IMG/VR virus record: IMGVR_UViG_3300028593_000715
DNA length: 64,000 bases
From: an uncultured virus (IMG/VR IMGVR_UViG_3300028593_000715)
Taxonomy: Duplodnaviria > Heunggongvirae > Uroviricota > Caudoviricetes
Reading direction: 5' to 3' (one strand)
Positions within the stretch are counted from its first letter, which is position 1. Every line of letters begins with the position of its first letter. The position numbers were made by a program, and so were the translations under genes. The notes beneath the pieces were generated by a model. It was not told where the DNA came from and did no database searches. It saw nothing but the letters and a program-made list of their open reading frames with translations. Of this stretch, positions 46,259 to 56,283 are shown one piece after another.

Positions 46259-48235
46259 TTAATTTTTCTGGTAGAAATCGCAGTCATATCCATCGGCACG
46301 AAGAATAAGCCCCTTTGCCCACGGCGGCGTTCTGCCCATCTGCTCACATACAGCGTCCACGGACATACGCTTATCTGCCTCGATGATGATCTCGTCATGC
46401 ACCGTTGCTACCATAAAGCAGTGTGACAGCGTCTGCATACTGTAAAAGAGCAGGTCACGGGCGATCGCCTGAGTTACATTCTCTGCGATCTTGCCGGAGA
46501 AGGTTTCGAGCCTGTCCCATTTCTTTGCGGTATTCAGCCCCATGTATGTGATGCACTTGCCGCCGAACTTACTGCACCCGATCTTGGGTTGAGCATAGGC
46601 AAGCCGCCTGCCGGAAGGCAGCGTGATAAAAAGCATTCCGCCGGTATATGAAAACAACAGGCCGTGCGTTTCCTGTACCGTTCCCTGAGACAAAGCGGTG
46701 ATCGCTGCTTTCTCCAGATCACGCCAGAGCCGGACGATATTCGGGTTTGCTGCCCTCCACGCATCCACCAGAGGTTTCAGCTCATCTTCTTTCATGCCGG
46801 ACTCCAATGCGCCCATGCTGATCAGCGCTCCGACACCGCCGCCGTAGCCGCAGGACAGCGTTGCCTGTTTGCCTTTCTGCCGCAGTTCCGAATTTTCGCC
46901 GTGCTTCTCGACCTTGCAGTGAAACATACGGCTTGCGGTAGCGCAATATATGTCGCCATTGTTTGCAAAGGTGTCCAGTACCCATTGCTCCCCGGCAAGC
47001 CATGCCAGAACCCGGCATTCAATTGCTGAAAAATCGGCCACAACAAACTTGAATCCCGGTCGCGGCACGAAGGCCGTGCGGATAAGCTGTGAGAGCAGGT
47101 CAGGTACATTGCCATACAGCATCTCAGCATCCTCATAACTGCCGTATTTGACTGTATCCCGTGCGACCGCTAAGTCCGGGATATGGTTCTGCGGCAGGTT
47201 CTGGAGCTGCACGATCTTGGAGGACTGCCGCCCTGTGCGTGATGCACCATAAAAGCTGAACATACCGCGCACTCTGCCATCGGAGCAGACTGCCGCTTTC
47301 ATTGCCGTGTATTTCTTGACAGATGACTTGGATAACTGCTGCCGCAGTTCCAGCACCGTCCTCACAGGCTCTTTGACTGTTTTGATGAGGGCGGCGACCT
47401 CTTTTTTGCCGAGGGAGTCCGAAGGATATCCCTGCTGTTCGAGCCAGTTCAGAAGTTGATATACCGAATTTGGATTCTCTACTCCGGTCAGGCGGCTCAT
47501 TTCTGCTGACAGCGTAGCCTTTGCCTGCGCATCAATACGGAGCGCAGCATCGGCAAGGGCTGTATCCACAGCAATGCCGCGATCATTTATCTCCTGATCC
47601 AGATAGAATTCCTCCCATACAGCATCGGGAACGGGATAGCGTGAGAGCCGTTCATCTATGGCAAGTTCCGCAACAACATCCTGCCGGTTGTATGTCTTGA
47701 ATATTTCCCACTTATCCGGCGCATCGGAGGGAGCATGGAACTGCGGAACGCCGTCTTCTTCGGCATAGGGAATGCAGAAGTATTTGATAAGGGCTTTTCC
47801 TTCTGGCATCTTCTGCTGTTCCAGTTTCAGTGCAGCACCCGCATCCGCCAATGTGGACGGCAGCGCAAGTGTCCGGCAGTGGATCATGGTGCAGTGCCAG
47901 CCACGGCGGGACAGGTAGTCTCCGACTGTATCTTCGGGGATACTGTAGCTGCGGAAAATATGCGGGTAGTATTCGCGGAGATACCGTGATAGGCAGATGC
48001 GTTCAAAGTTCACATTATGGGCGCGTTTGATGACACTTTCATCGACAAGCGCACGAAGGATATCTTCGGGAACGGTCTCTCCGGCAGTGAAGTCAAACTG
48101 CTGTACCTCTCCGCCGTCAACGGAAATGCTCATAAGCGTTATTGCAAAGTACGGAGAGTCGGCATAGGCATACACACCGCACTTGGTAATATCCCGGTCG
48201 CTGCGAGTCTCAAGGTCAATTTCTATACAATTCAT
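46259..48235 (-). CDS. Phage DNA polymerase, family A
   Basis: DLET exonuclease motif; ADFSAIE, RQKGK and VHDE motifs. Confidence 0.93.
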   Translation of the reverse strand: MNCIEIDLETRSDRDITKCGVYAYADSPYFAITLMSISVDGGEVQQFDFTAGETVPEDILRALVDESVIKRAHNVNFERICLSRYLREYYPHIFRSYSIPEDTVGDYLSRRGWHCTMIHCRTLALPSTLADAGAALKLEQQKMPEGKALIKYFCIPYAEEDGVPQFHAPSDAPDKWEIFKTYNRQDVVAELAIDERLSRYPVPDAVWEEFYLDQEINDRGIAVDTALADAALRIDAQAKATLSAEMSRLTGVENPNSVYQLLNWLEQQGYPSDSLGKKEVAALIKTVKEPVRTVLELRQQLSKSSVKKYTAMKAAVCSDGRVRGMFSFYGASRTGRQSSKIVQLQNLPQNHIPDLAVARDTVKYGSYEDAEMLYGNVPDLLSQLIRTAFVPRPGFKFVVADFSAIECRVLAWLAGEQWVLDTFANNGDIYCATASRMFHCKVEKHGENSELRQKGKQATLSCGYGGGVGALISMGALESGMKEDELKPLVDAWRAANPNIVRLWRDLEKAAITALSQGTVQETHGLLFSYTGGMLFITLPSGRRLAYAQPKIGCSKFGGKCITYMGLNTAKKWDRLETFSGKIAENVTQAIARDLLFYSMQTLSHCFMVATVHDEIIIEADKRMSVDAVCEQMGRTPPWAKGLILRADGYDCDFYQKN

Positions 48236-48298
48236 ATCGTCACATCCTTATAGCAACAGAGCCCAGCCGCATGGTATTGGGCTGGACTCCGGAGTCAA

Positions 48299-48859
48299 TT
48301 AGCTGAGAAAATCGTCATCGATGTCTGCGAAGTCATCCTCTGCACGGCTGTGTCCGCCGAGAGGCTCTCCGTCTTTCGTTTTCATCAGATTATTCAAACC
48401 ACAAGCAATTCCTTTCGCCGTCTTTGTGCAATATGCATAGAAGTTGATGCTTGCACGACCGTAAACACCGCTGTACACCTCGGAGGTGTCGATGATTGGC
48501 TGACGGTCTGCATCGACCACGCCGGGAGCAGTGATGGAATTGGCATTCACGAAGTAGCTGTTCGCATACGCCGGATCGTCAGGGCGCTCGGTATCTCCGT
48601 CCCTGAGCGGCGTTTTCAAAGTGCTGAGAGGCGGAACGCTCTTGCTGGTGCCCTTGAGTTTAGCAGCGCCTTCGGTGTATGCTGCTTCGATAGCCGCCCT
48701 GATCTTTTCGATGGTGGCAGTGTCGCTCTTCGGAATGATCAAGCTGATCGAGTATTTCGGCTTTGCGCCTTCTTCGATAGCCTTCGGCTGCCACACATTT
48801 GCGTAGCTCCAGCGGCACACGCCGGTGATCACCTTTGTCGGAATAATCTTCTTTTCCAT
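48299..48859 (-). CDS. DUF2815 ssDNA-binding protein
   Basis: PLRDGD, VYSGVY and GIACGLNN motifs; acidic tail. Confidence 0.9.
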   Translation of the reverse strand: MEKKIIPTKVITGVCRWSYANVWQPKAIEEGAKPKYSISLIIPKSDTATIEKIRAAIEAAYTEGAAKLKGTSKSVPPLSTLKTPLRDGDTERPDDPAYANSYFVNANSITAPGVVDADRQPIIDTSEVYSGVYGRASINFYAYCTKTAKGIACGLNNLMKTKDGEPLGGHSRAEDDFADIDDDFLS

Positions 48860-48863
48860 AGTA

Positions 48864-49973
48864 TCAGTCCTCCATAAAATCATTTTTGGCTGTATTCCAC
48901 TCCGCCCTGCGGTCGGAGATTGGAACGAGTGTCGGTTTGCCGGGTGGCTTGTGGATCAGGCCACCGAGCAGTTCTTCAAATTTACGCTTACCGAGCAGCT
49001 TGGTCATCGCAGTCAGCCCCAGAACCTTATGTTCATAAGGATCAAAGCCTGCAGCGGTGACGGCATCTGCAACGGCAGACTCATTGGTGTATTTGCGGAC
49101 GGAGCGTCCCTCGACCAGTTTCCACTGGGACCAGTGCTTACCGGAAAGGGCCTGCTGCATCGCATAGTCCTTTATGTCGGATATCCACGATGTAAGGTCA
49201 TCTGCCTTTGCAAGGATAGCCTCGATCTCATCATCAGTCAGTTCCGGCGGCATTGCGAAATCATATCTCGCAAGCGCAAGGTTGTATTCAGCCCGTTTGC
49301 GGCAGGTCTGCTTGACCTTGCAGAAACGGCAGTGTTCACCGGCGCAGAATTCACCTTCACCTGCGAGGGCGAGTGCAGCGGCAGGTTTCAAAACGGTATC
49401 ACCCCACTGGAGCAGCTCTTCCACTGTCTTTGTACAGGTGTCGCAGTGGTTCAGGCGCGGCTGAAAAATTGTCATCTTCACCTCAGTAAATTCATACAGC
49501 GAAGAAAACGCTTCTATCGCTCCGAGGCTATAGCACATTAGCTGCGTATTGTCCTGCGCACTGACTTCGAGTTGACCGTATTTCAGATCGCATATATGCA
49601 ACGTCTGGTCGGAGATCAGCAGGAAGTCGGCAGTACCGAAGCATCCTGCCGCCCAGCGTTCACAGGATACACGCTGTTCTACGAGGACGGTAGGATCACG
49701 GCACGATGCACGGGCGGCTTCGATCTGTTCCATCACGAAGTCACGATACAAGTCGGTCGCCTCATCCATTTCAGCATCGGCGCATTCCGGTATAGTGACA
49801 TCCTCGCCAAGAGCCTGCCTGATCTTTGCCTCACCGATGGAATGCGCGAGGGTACCGGCAAGTGCATAACTGCTGCCCGTATCCGGTGCTTTCGCATTCA
49901 GCATAGCTGCGGGAGGACACGAAATCCACATTTTACTTGCCGAAGGCGGCAGGTTGGAATGTACGTCAGGCAT
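48864..49973 (-). CDS. DUF2800 Cas4-like PD-(D/E)XK nuclease
   Basis: GTLAH, FGTADF, DLKYG and HCRFC motifs. Confidence 0.88.
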   Translation of the reverse strand: MPDVHSNLPPSASKMWISCPPAAMLNAKAPDTGSSYALAGTLAHSIGEAKIRQALGEDVTIPECADAEMDEATDLYRDFVMEQIEAARASCRDPTVLVEQRVSCERWAAGCFGTADFLLISDQTLHICDLKYGQLEVSAQDNTQLMCYSLGAIEAFSSLYEFTEVKMTIFQPRLNHCDTCTKTVEELLQWGDTVLKPAAALALAGEGEFCAGEHCRFCKVKQTCRKRAEYNLALARYDFAMPPELTDDEIEAILAKADDLTSWISDIKDYAMQQALSGKHWSQWKLVEGRSVRKYTNESAVADAVTAAGFDPYEHKVLGLTAMTKLLGKRKFEELLGGLIHKPPGKPTLVPISDRRAEWNTAKNDFMED

Positions 49974-50298
49974 TCAACTCACCAACTTCCTGCAGCAGCG
50001 CTGGATACTCGGTAGGATCAACAGCACTGAGCTTATCGCCGCCGTGTTTCTTCAGCAACTCCTTGACCTGCGCTGTCTTACCCGCACGGGACAGTTCCGA
50101 AAGAACAGCACGAACCTGCTCAATGGTTACAGTCGGCTGAGATGCAGTCTGCGGTTCAGCCTCCGGAGTATCGTCCGCTTCGGAAGTGGGCAATTCCTCA
50201 AAGGTATTGAGGTAGTTCTCAGTGGTCTGCTGCGTGAACTTCTGCAGCACGGCAGTGAGCGCATTCAGCGCATTTACCAGTTCCATCATCGGATCCAT
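49966..50298 (-). CDS. Conserved phage replication-module protein
   Basis: TIEQVRAVL...VKELLKKHG..KLS motif. Confidence 0.75.
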   Translation of the reverse strand: MDPMMELVNALNALTAVLQKFTQQTTENYLNTFEELPTSEADDTPEAEPQTASQPTVTIEQVRAVLSELSRAGKTAQVKELLKKHGGDKLSAVDPTEYPALLQEVGELNA

Positions 50299-50395
50299 GT
50301 TTAAGGGCCTCCTTTGTCAAATTTTTTGCCAGTCTTTTCGATACGATGCTAATTGCAAGCAGGGTATCCACAAGTTCCTGAGTCTTTGCATTCAC
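50219..50395 (-). CDS. Small hypothetical protein
   Basis: GGAGGTGA RBS and GTG start; LLAISIVSKRLA. Confidence 0.5.
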   Translation of the reverse strand: MNAKTQELVDTLLAISIVSKRLAKNLTKEALKHGSDDGTGKCAECAHCRAAEVHAADH

Positions 50396-50418
50396 GGTTC
50401 ATCACCTCCCTCTACTTT

Positions 50419-50450
50419 CCAATGGAAAGCTGATGGTCGATTTGACGAAG
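50419..50450 (-). promoter_or_regulatory. Putative phage-sigma promoter, copy 3
   Basis: CTTCGTCAAA-N12-TTTCCATTGG. Confidence 0.6.
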
Positions 50451-50455
50451 GATTT

Positions 50456-50935
50456 TCAAAAAAATTCTTCAGTCAGGATCGTGGTGACTTTCTTCATACG
50501 GGAGAGAAGCGTGGTACGGGGAATATCCAGTTCCTGCGCGATCTCTGTATCGGACAGACCATTCTGACGCAGCTCAAAGGCACGGAAGATACCCGGCACA
50601 AGCTCGTCCATTCTTTTAATAAGTGCTTCGAGCAGAAGCTGGTCGGCTGCGATCTCCGCTGTATCCGATGCCTCATCGACAATCTTGTCGAGCATGGTCT
50701 CCTCATCACCCTCGTCATTTGTGGTCGGGCAGTCGAGGGAAAGCGTGTCTCCGGCACGGCGGTACTTGCAGGTGCAGCAGTCCATATCGCAATAGCGGTA
50801 GTTTGCCTTCGGGCAGGCACAGCGGCCATGATTCTGCTGTTTGCGACGATATGCGTTGATATCGCGGTAATAATCATCGTGGACTTCCTTTGACACCTCA
50901 ATCGTTTTGTTCATTTGTCTCAGATAGATTTGCAT
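50456..50935 (-). CDS. Sigma70 region 4-like phage sigma factor/regulator
   Basis: Cys cluster, SLD motif, C-terminal HTH (LSDTEIAQELDIPRTT). Confidence 0.8.
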   Translation of the reverse strand: MQIYLRQMNKTIEVSKEVHDDYYRDINAYRRKQQNHGRCACPKANYRYCDMDCCTCKYRRAGDTLSLDCPTTNDEGDEETMLDKIVDEASDTAEIAADQLLLEALIKRMDELVPGIFRAFELRQNGLSDTEIAQELDIPRTTLLSRMKKVTTILTEEFF

Positions 50936-51190
50936 AAAAACCTCCGTTCGATTAGGAACGGAGGCATAAACCGGCTGCAAAATGGGCGCAAAAACCCAGA
51001 CCGCATTCGGGAAGGAATTACTCCGTTCCTGATTGCGGCCGCCAGCGCAAAAGGCAGCCTTTCATATTTAATTCAGACTGAGATTACCCATTGCGCCACC
51101 GCTGATCAGACAGTGCAGATAATCTCGGTAAGCAGTTTTTTGTCATGCTTGGGACAATGCTATTGACTTTTCCTTGCCTATGGTGTAAAA

Positions 51191-51541
51191 TCAAGGTAGG
51201 TATATTGGTGGAAGCACTGGCAAGCCGTTATAACGGCAACAGAGATTATATCCTGCAAGCAAGGCTTGACCTACTGCATAGCCGAGAACTGTCTCGAAAC
51301 CGCCATGCATACCTAAACCACCTTGATTACGCGGGATGCCTATGTTCGACATCAGGGCTACATCATAAGCGGCTCCATGAAGTTGATTCATGGGCAAACC
51401 CGTGGAAGCGTATGGATTTTCATAGCCAGCTTGAATTTGAAACCATTTCTGTTGAATTGCAGCGTTTACGCATGAGGCGAATTCTGCTGGAGTGGCTGGC
51501 AGTGACTGCCTACCTAATGGAAACGAAATATTGTACATCAT
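51191..51541 (-). CDS. Hypothetical protein
   Basis: AAGGAGGT RBS upstream of ATG. Confidence 0.55.
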   Translation of the reverse strand: MMYNISFPLGRQSLPATPAEFASCVNAAIQQKWFQIQAGYENPYASTGLPMNQLHGAAYDVALMSNIGIPRNQGGLGMHGGFETVLGYAVGQALLAGYNLCCRYNGLPVLPPIYLP

Positions 51542-51697
51542 TCCGAAGTACCTCCTTATATTTTAGTGGTATTGTGACCACCTGCTAACATTATTGCATA
51601 TTTTTGATTTCCTTGCAGGATCGCATCGGAACTTTTCGGAACATTTCGGAATTACCACGAATTCTTCATACGGACACAAACGAAAGGCCGTGAGTAT

Positions 51698-52591
51698 ATG
51701 AATCTTATAGAACTGATAGAAATAATGAGAAGATACTATTCTGGTATAGAAAAGAAATCAAAATACAACTTTTTTATGCTATTGGTTGACAATGCTATAA
51801 CTGACGATGTTTCAAATCCATTCGATGGTCTCCAACCCGAAACAATACAACGCCAAGTCAATGGGAGTATTAGGTTTAAAAAGGCTAGGCTGGAAGGAGT
51901 TTTAGCATCAAAAGATTCTAAAAGACTTAGATTATTTATCAAGGAGCATTATCCAGAAGAACAGCAGTGTGATATGGAAAAAGAGATTCAAGACCAGCTT
52001 CCTGATTTCAATTGTGAAGAGCATGATTTTGTGTATTCGTGTTCCGAATTATTTTATAGCTTAGTTCGCCAATATATTGATAATAAATCAAATATACCAT
52101 CCAAGTCTCGTAAAAAGGTCCAATCATCTACTCCTGATGGCATAATAGATGCTTTTGAGAAGACATATAAAAAGGAAATATCGCTCCCAAATGTTCTTTC
52201 AGGAATCAGATCAGAAATATGGAAGGAAATAGATGCAATCATTAATACTTGCAAATCTTTCAAGCGGAAAACCGAGGAGTTAAATCGCGCCATTACCATC
52301 TTGAATAATGCAAGAGTTGAAAATGATCAAGCAAAGTTCGATTCGAATTATCCTACATACGACAAGCTGCGTGATGAGAACGAGTCTCTATTTAACGAGA
52401 TTTTCCGAAAGTGGGGGCATCTTTACAAAACATATGCTAATATCATAGAAATTCGAGAGATTACTCGTATTGACTTTGCACACTCAGTCTTAACACCGCC
52501 AGAAAACAAACTGATTCATATAGCTGGTGATAATACGGATAATTTTATAGAGAAACTTAGGCAACTCTCTGAGGACTACCTATTTACTTAA
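51698..52591 (+). CDS. Hypothetical protein (possible regulator or defence protein)
   Basis: 297-aa AT-rich ORF divergent from the early operon. Confidence 0.7.
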   Translation: MNLIELIEIMRRYYSGIEKKSKYNFFMLLVDNAITDDVSNPFDGLQPETIQRQVNGSIRFKKARLEGVLASKDSKRLRLFIKEHYPEEQQCDMEKEIQDQLPDFNCEEHDFVYSCSELFYSLVRQYIDNKSNIPSKSRKKVQSSTPDGIIDAFEKTYKKEISLPNVLSGIRSEIWKEIDAIINTCKSFKRKTEELNRAITILNNARVENDQAKFDSNYPTYDKLRDENESLFNEIFRKWGHLYKTYANIIEIREITRIDFAHSVLTPPENKLIHIAGDNTDNFIEKLRQLSEDYLFT

Positions 52592-52825
52592 CCTATGCCA
52601 TCTGCTCCCAGTATACTGCAAGGCATAAAAAATAACCATCAAGTAACACTTGATGGTCGAAAATGGCGCAAAAAGGGGCTATTCCACTTATTCCAATCAA
52701 AGGAATCAGCGGAATAGCCCCTAAATATGTTATAGAGCATCAAGTGGCACTTGATGCTGAAAAGCACATAATCATCACTTTCTGCGTTTTGCACAAATCT
52801 GCTTAGCAGTAGCTGTACATTATTA

Positions 52826-54742
52826 CTACGAATCCAATTCGCATAGAGTTACCTTTAGTTTTGCCTGATTAAGGTACATTTGCCAGCGTTCTATAGTCTC
52901 ATCCGTATGCTCGTCTACGAGCCATCTGAAGAACCTGCCTTCCATTGTATTTGGAAAATCCATACCGATTTTCTTCATCAAGTCATAGCAATATTCTTTG
53001 TTAAGATTCAGGCCAATAAACAGTTTTAGCAAGGTGTGGAAAGAGACAGTCTTGTCCGTCTTATTGCGCAGTTCGCTAATTGTCTGCGTACTGAGGTTTG
53101 AACGTTCACTCAGCATCTCCGCAGTAAGTCCTTTGCGGGTAATATGGTAGTCGACAGTTTTATGGAATGAACCGGGCAGTTCATCGAAATCGCTTTCAAA
53201 CTGTTGCGACAGCTTAACAATTTCTGCAATGGCAGCAGCCTCTTCCTCGGTCAATTGGTTCTTGGCGAGTTCGGCATCATACTCCGCTTCGAGCAAGGAG
53301 TCAGCTGTGACCTCACGGCACAAAAAGCAGGCACGATAAAACGAGTCATCATAATCAAACTTGATGCGCTTTTTACAGGTGAATAGGAAACAACATTCAT
53401 CGACATGATCCAGTGCATACTGCGTCATTTCTGGATGCTCTTCATCATTGAACTGAATATACTTTGGTGAATTTATACAGAGCATATTGTTTACGAAAAC
53501 AATCCTGCTCTCTTTATAGAGGGCATCCAGAGCCGGGTGCGTTATAATCATGCGTAGTGCACTGATAGAATCTACTACGAAACTGCCGTTTTTGCCAATG
53601 ATCTTAGAACCAAAGGAGAAGTGGGGGATGGACTTTCCTTCTATGTATACATATGTACCATGTGCTTGTTCAAAGCCCAACTCAATAGCGCGGAGTTTGG
53701 CTGCAAGTCGGGAAACCTGAAAGAAATCAGCGGTATCCTGAATTGCCTGAGCCATTACTTCCGCATCTCTGGTGCTTGCTGGCATACACTGACGCAAATC
53801 ATGAAGTCGATCTTGAATGAACTTTTTAGTAGTAGATGCGGGCATCAGGATTTTCGGAGCAAGGGTGTTTGCCTGCCACTCGATCCACTCCAGTGGGGTC
53901 GATTTTGCTTTATCTTTTCCATACGCTTCAACAATCTCGCAAGATACAAAACGGTATTCTTGCCTCAGTAAGCGCATCAGTTCAAAAAACATTTTGTGTC
54001 GCTTCCAATGTACACACTCATGAATAATCGTATTATTCATCGTTCCGATATTGTACATAAAAAACACATCTGGATTCACCAGCATAGTTCCCGGCGGCAC
54101 TGTAATTTCCTCAGTTTTCGGATATTTGTTGCCTTTATATACCGTGACCGTGGAAGTCACAAAATATGTTTTACCGAAAATGTTATCATCCAGCGGCGCA
54201 AGATACAACTTCATTCCCAGATCACTGACAATTTCCTGTATAGGCAGCGGCATGGCTGTATCCAATGCCTTTGCACAATGGTCGCGCAGGAAATCTTCCG
54301 CTACTTTATCAGCATCTTCGCTGTAGAGATAAGGGACAAGGTAATGATCGAGAGCGGTTTCTTTATCAAACTTCTCTTTACTGTACTCTTCCACATGAAC
54401 AATCCTAACGCCATGCAGTCCATCCTTCAATATGCCCTCAAAATATACGGACATCCAAACTGACTTTGAATCTGATTCATAATCATAACGAGATTTGCCA
54501 GATACAATGACATCGGCATTAATGCTTAAACGGAAATGCAGAGCATCACCTCCGGGCGTCTTAAAAGTCGCTCCCATAACATGATAGTCGTCCAATTCAA
54601 ATTTGCATACATCCGGAATAAGATTTGTTGACAGAAACGAAGATCCTTTTTTCTGAAATAAGAAACTGTTGATCTTTTTATATATTGCATCATAGTAATT
54701 ATCGTACATATACTCTTCAAAAGTATGGTAAGTCTTCATCAT
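52826..54742 (-). CDS. ImmA/IrrE-like metallopeptidase with C-terminal XRE HTH
   Basis: IIHECVH and EWQAN..A..ILMP motifs; C-terminal HTH. Confidence 0.85.
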   Translation of the reverse strand: MMKTYHTFEEYMYDNYYDAIYKKINSFLFQKKGSSFLSTNLIPDVCKFELDDYHVMGATFKTPGGDALHFRLSINADVIVSGKSRYDYESDSKSVWMSVYFEGILKDGLHGVRIVHVEEYSKEKFDKETALDHYLVPYLYSEDADKVAEDFLRDHCAKALDTAMPLPIQEIVSDLGMKLYLAPLDDNIFGKTYFVTSTVTVYKGNKYPKTEEITVPPGTMLVNPDVFFMYNIGTMNNTIIHECVHWKRHKMFFELMRLLRQEYRFVSCEIVEAYGKDKAKSTPLEWIEWQANTLAPKILMPASTTKKFIQDRLHDLRQCMPASTRDAEVMAQAIQDTADFFQVSRLAAKLRAIELGFEQAHGTYVYIEGKSIPHFSFGSKIIGKNGSFVVDSISALRMIITHPALDALYKESRIVFVNNMLCINSPKYIQFNDEEHPEMTQYALDHVDECCFLFTCKKRIKFDYDDSFYRACFLCREVTADSLLEAEYDAELAKNQLTEEEAAAIAEIVKLSQQFESDFDELPGSFHKTVDYHITRKGLTAEMLSERSNLSTQTISELRNKTDKTVSFHTLLKLFIGLNLNKEYCYDLMKKIGMDFPNTMEGRFFRWLVDEHTDETIERWQMYLNQAKLKVTLCELDS

Positions 54743-54899
54743 AGTGACTCCTTTCGAGAGAGGTGTTGCTTGTATATGTACTATTATAGCATATTTCTAC
54801 GATATTTACAAGGTAATCAATGGGCTGCTCAAAATAGCCAATATTAACAGACTATTTATATAAAAAGCATCGAATGTACGAGTGTCGCAATAAAAAGCT

Positions 54900-54948
54900 C
54901 GAAAAGTCATAGTATACTATTGACTTTTCGTCTGCTTTGATATATAAT
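54900..54948 (+). promoter_or_regulatory. RM operon promoter with palindromic operator
   Basis: TTGACT-17-TATAAT; CGAAAAGTCA...TGACTTTTCG inverted repeat covers the -35. Confidence 0.75.
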
Positions 54949-54993
54949 GGAAAGAGTGCTAAACACCCTAAAGATGCTAGAGAGGAGTATATA

Positions 54994-55194
54994 ATGGGAA
55001 TCAACTACAAAAAGTTGTGGAAACTACTAATAGATAAAGATATGACCAAAACTGATTTGCGTATGCAAACGGACATAGCATCAAGTACTTTATCTAAGAT
55101 GAGCAGAAATGAATATGTATCTTTAGATGTTCTCGTAAGAATTTGTTGTGTTCTTGATTGTGAACTAAGCGACATTACAGAAATTGAAAAATGA
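54994..55194 (+). CDS. Small XRE/Cro HTH regulator (likely RM controller)
   Basis: YKKLWKLLIDKDM.KTDL motif. Confidence 0.9.
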   Translation: MGINYKKLWKLLIDKDMTKTDLRMQTDIASSTLSKMSRNEYVSLDVLVRICCVLDCELSDITEIEK

Positions 55195-55212
55195 AATCGA
55201 GGTTTTATATTA

Positions 55213-56283
55213 ATGGCAAAGAGTAAAAAGCTGCCTATTGGGGCTGTTAGTTTGTTTTCTGGTGCAGGTGGTCTTGATGTTGCAAGTTTCCTTGCTGGTG
55301 TTCCTGTTTTATCAAGCACAGATTTTGATGATGACTGTATTGAGACACTCAAACTGAACGACTTGTACGGAGATACAGAAATAATAAAAGGTGATCTTCA
55401 TGAAATTTCTAGTGATGTTTTCAAGTCGATAGTTCAGAAAAGAAATCCGGAAAAGTTCATCGTTATTGGTGGTGCACCGTGTCAGCCATTTTCTAAAGCC
55501 GGATACTGGGTTGGCAATAGTACCCGTAAAGGAATAAACGATCCAAGAGCAACTTTAGTAGACGAATATTTACGTGTTGTAACAGATTTACATCCGGCAG
55601 GATTTGTTTTTGAGAATGTTGAAAGTTTACTTCATCCTACAAACAAAGTTATTGTTGACAAATTTATCGAGATCATTCAACAACAAGGTTACAAGTACAA
55701 GATTGTTCGTGCTAATGCTCTTGATTATGGAGTATCACAAAAAAGAAAAAGGTTATTCATTATTGGAACGACTGGTGAATTCAAATCTGAAGCACCTCGA
55801 AAAACAAACTGTCCGCCAGAGGAATGTGAAGCAACAGGTCTTAAGCCTTATGTTAATGTCGGTGAAGTGATTAGTGGCTTTGACGGTCCAGAATTCTTTG
55901 AGCCGGAAGAAGTCACCAAAGGCGGCACATATCATTCTGATCTGTGCGAGGTTCCTCCAGGAATGAATTATAAAGCACTGACCGCATGGTATGGCTATGA
56001 AAATCCTAAATTTGTTGCCGACAAAAGATTTTGGAGTTTCCTGCTGAAGTTGTCACCTGATATGCCTTCGTGGACAATTACAGCGCAACCGGGTCCTTGG
56101 GTTGGACCTTTCCATTGGGATAACAGACGTTTAAGAGTGCCAGAGATTGCAGCTATTCAAACTTTCCCAAAAGGATATAAGTTTTATGGTAGCAGAAGAT
56201 CTATCCAGAAACAAATCGGCAATGCTGTGCCATCGTTAATGGGTAAGGCAATGATAGAATTTCTGAAGGAGAGTTTGGAATAA
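55213..56283 (+). CDS. C5 cytosine DNA methyltransferase 1
   Basis: FSGAGG, PCQPFS, ENV and QIGNAV motifs. Confidence 0.95.
   Translation: MAKSKKLPIGAVSLFSGAGGLDVASFLAGVPVLSSTDFDDDCIETLKLNDLYGDTEIIKGDLHEISSDVFKSIVQKRNPEKFIVIGGAPCQPFSKAGYWVGNSTRKGINDPRATLVDEYLRVVTDLHPAGFVFENVESLLHPTNKVIVDKFIEIIQQQGYKYKIVRANALDYGVSQKRKRLFIIGTTGEFKSEAPRKTNCPPEECEATGLKPYVNVGEVISGFDGPEFFEPEEVTKGGTYHSDLCEVPPGMNYKALTAWYGYENPKFVADKRFWSFLLKLSPDMPSWTITAQPGPWVGPFHWDNRRLRVPEIAAIQTFPKGYKFYGSRRSIQKQIGNAVPSLMGKAMIEFLKESLE

Noticed and set aside
48864..49973. Cas4-like gene as CRISPR-Cas
   Set aside because: Ordinary phage replication-module nuclease beside the SSB and polymerase genes
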